A DNA stretch of 64,000 nt from Callorhinchus milii (Eukaryota). The notes under the pieces were generated by a model. It saw only the letters and a program-made list of their open reading frames with translations. It was not told the DNA's origin and ran no database searches. The stretch lies in contig NW_024704743.1 of assembly GCF_018977255.1 (NCBI RefSeq), positions 50,594,001 through 50,658,000 of the forward strand, in the 5' to 3' direction. A program made the translations under genes and the position numbers. Of the stretch, positions 62,805 through 64,000 are shown one piece after another. Position 1 is the first letter of the stretch. Each line of letters opens with the position of its first letter.

Positions 62805-64000
62805 ACATGATGAAACCCACCACCTGCTGCCTCGACCCCCTCCCCACCCAATTGCTGATCACCCAGCTCCCCCTCTTCTGCCCACTGCTGGCAGACACTA
62901 TTAACCAGTCTCTCTCCTCAGGATCAGTCCCACTCCCCTTCAAAACCGCAGTCATCACCCCCCTCCTTAAAAAAAACCTACCCTCGATCCTTCCAACCTC
63001 AGCTACTACCGCCCTACCTCAAACCTACCCTTCCTTGCCAAAGCTCTGGAATGCATTGTTGCCAACCAACTTTGCACACACCTCTCCCTCCATACATTAC
63101 TCAAACCCCTTGAGTTTGGTTTCTGCCCTGCCCACAGTACAGAGACAGCGCTCCTGAAGGTCACAAACAATATCCACTCTATCTGTGACCAGGGCTCCCT
63201 CTGTCTTCTCGTCCTTCTGGACCTCTCCGCCTCGTTCGACACAGTCGATCACGCCATCCTCCTCCACCGCTATCCTCCATCATCCACCTCAGTGAGTCTA
63301 CACTTGCTTGGTTTGAGTCCTACCTTACAAACCGCCAGCACTACATTTCTGTAAATGGCTTTTCTTCTCGCTTCTACCCAGTCGCCTGTGGGTCACACCA
63401 CGGATTTATCCTTGGCCCTCTTCTCCTCCTCATCTATATGCTCCCTCTCGGTGATGTCACCTGCAGACACGGGGTTAACTTCCATTTTTGCGGATGACAC
63501 TCAACTCTACTTTTCTACCTCCAGTTGCAACCCCCAGTGCCCTGATGTTCTGTCAGCTTGTCTGTCAGACATCAAGAACTGGATGAGAGCAAGTTTCCTG
63601 CAGGTAAACGTCAACAAGATGGAAGCCATACTCTTCGGCTTCTGCCAACGTCTTCTGACCCACGGTTCCGACCACCTCAACCTACCTGACATGTCCTTAA
63701 ACACGCACCAAACGTTGTACCCAGATTACTCCAGTCCTTGCCAAACTCCACTGGCTCCCTGTCACAAAGCGGATTGACTTTAAGATCCTCACTCTAGTGT
63801 TTCAATCCCTCCATCCTTGGCATCCCCCCATCTCTCTAACCTCCTCACTCCCCACAGCAGTACCCGCTGCCTCCGTTCTACTGGGTCCGGCCTCCTTTGC
63901 GTCCCCCTAATCCTGTATTCCACAATTGGCGGCTGTGCCTTCAGCCACTACACCTTGAAACTTTGGAACTCCCTCCCTCAACCCCTTTGCCTCGCCCCCT
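62805..64000 (+). mobile_element. L2-clade LINE ORF2 reverse-transcriptase region, frameshifted and internally deleted; runs off the window
   Basis: KPTTCCLDPLPTQLL, FKTAVITPLLKK, ETALLKVTN, LVLLDLSASFDTVDH, LGPLL..IYMLPL, FADDTQLY, CLSDIKNWM, then a jump to LHWLP..RIDFKIL. Confidence 0.92.

Noticed and set aside
1..64000. The many 60-120 aa ORFs in the six-frame track, and any prokaryote-type system (CRISPR, operon, defence island)
   Set aside because: The ORFs are random intronic frames or SINE/LINE translations. The window is a spliced vertebrate gene with no operon structure or repeat-spacer array.

Overview
This is a vertebrate genomic window, and the repeat families point to a cartilaginous fish (a chimaera such as Callorhinchus is an inference). 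It lies entirely inside one gene, ADAMTS16, on the minus strand. Eight consecutive coding exons were read directly (orthologous to human exons 3-10; 326, 286, 200, 84, 160, 106, 138 and 154 nt). They splice in frame into 1454 nt encoding the pro-domain, furin site, the complete Zn-metalloprotease domain (HESGHNFGMIHD plus Met-turn) and the start of the disintegrin-like domain. Exons 1-2 and 11 onward were not found in the window. The last exon ends at a non-canonical GC donor. The introns (one is about 31 kb) are packed with tRNA-derived Deu-type and CORE-like SINEs, L2 and CR1 LINE fragments, and putative LF-SINE-like and AmnSINE2-like remnants. The best non-coding observation is a three-layer nested insertion: an L2 inside a Penelope-like element inside a CR1. 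The Penelope element has a 14-bp target-site duplication and a minimal hammerhead-ribozyme motif in the sense orientation of the pre-mRNA. Other observations are a perfect 24-bp hairpin, a palindromic MITE-like element rich in promoter motifs, inverted L2 copies flanking exon 4, locally duplicated segments and several enhancer-like unique stretches. Almost all ORFs in the supplied track are spurious or transposon-derived. No prokaryote-type system is present. Repeat family names and boundaries were assigned by eye and from memory, so they are approximate.
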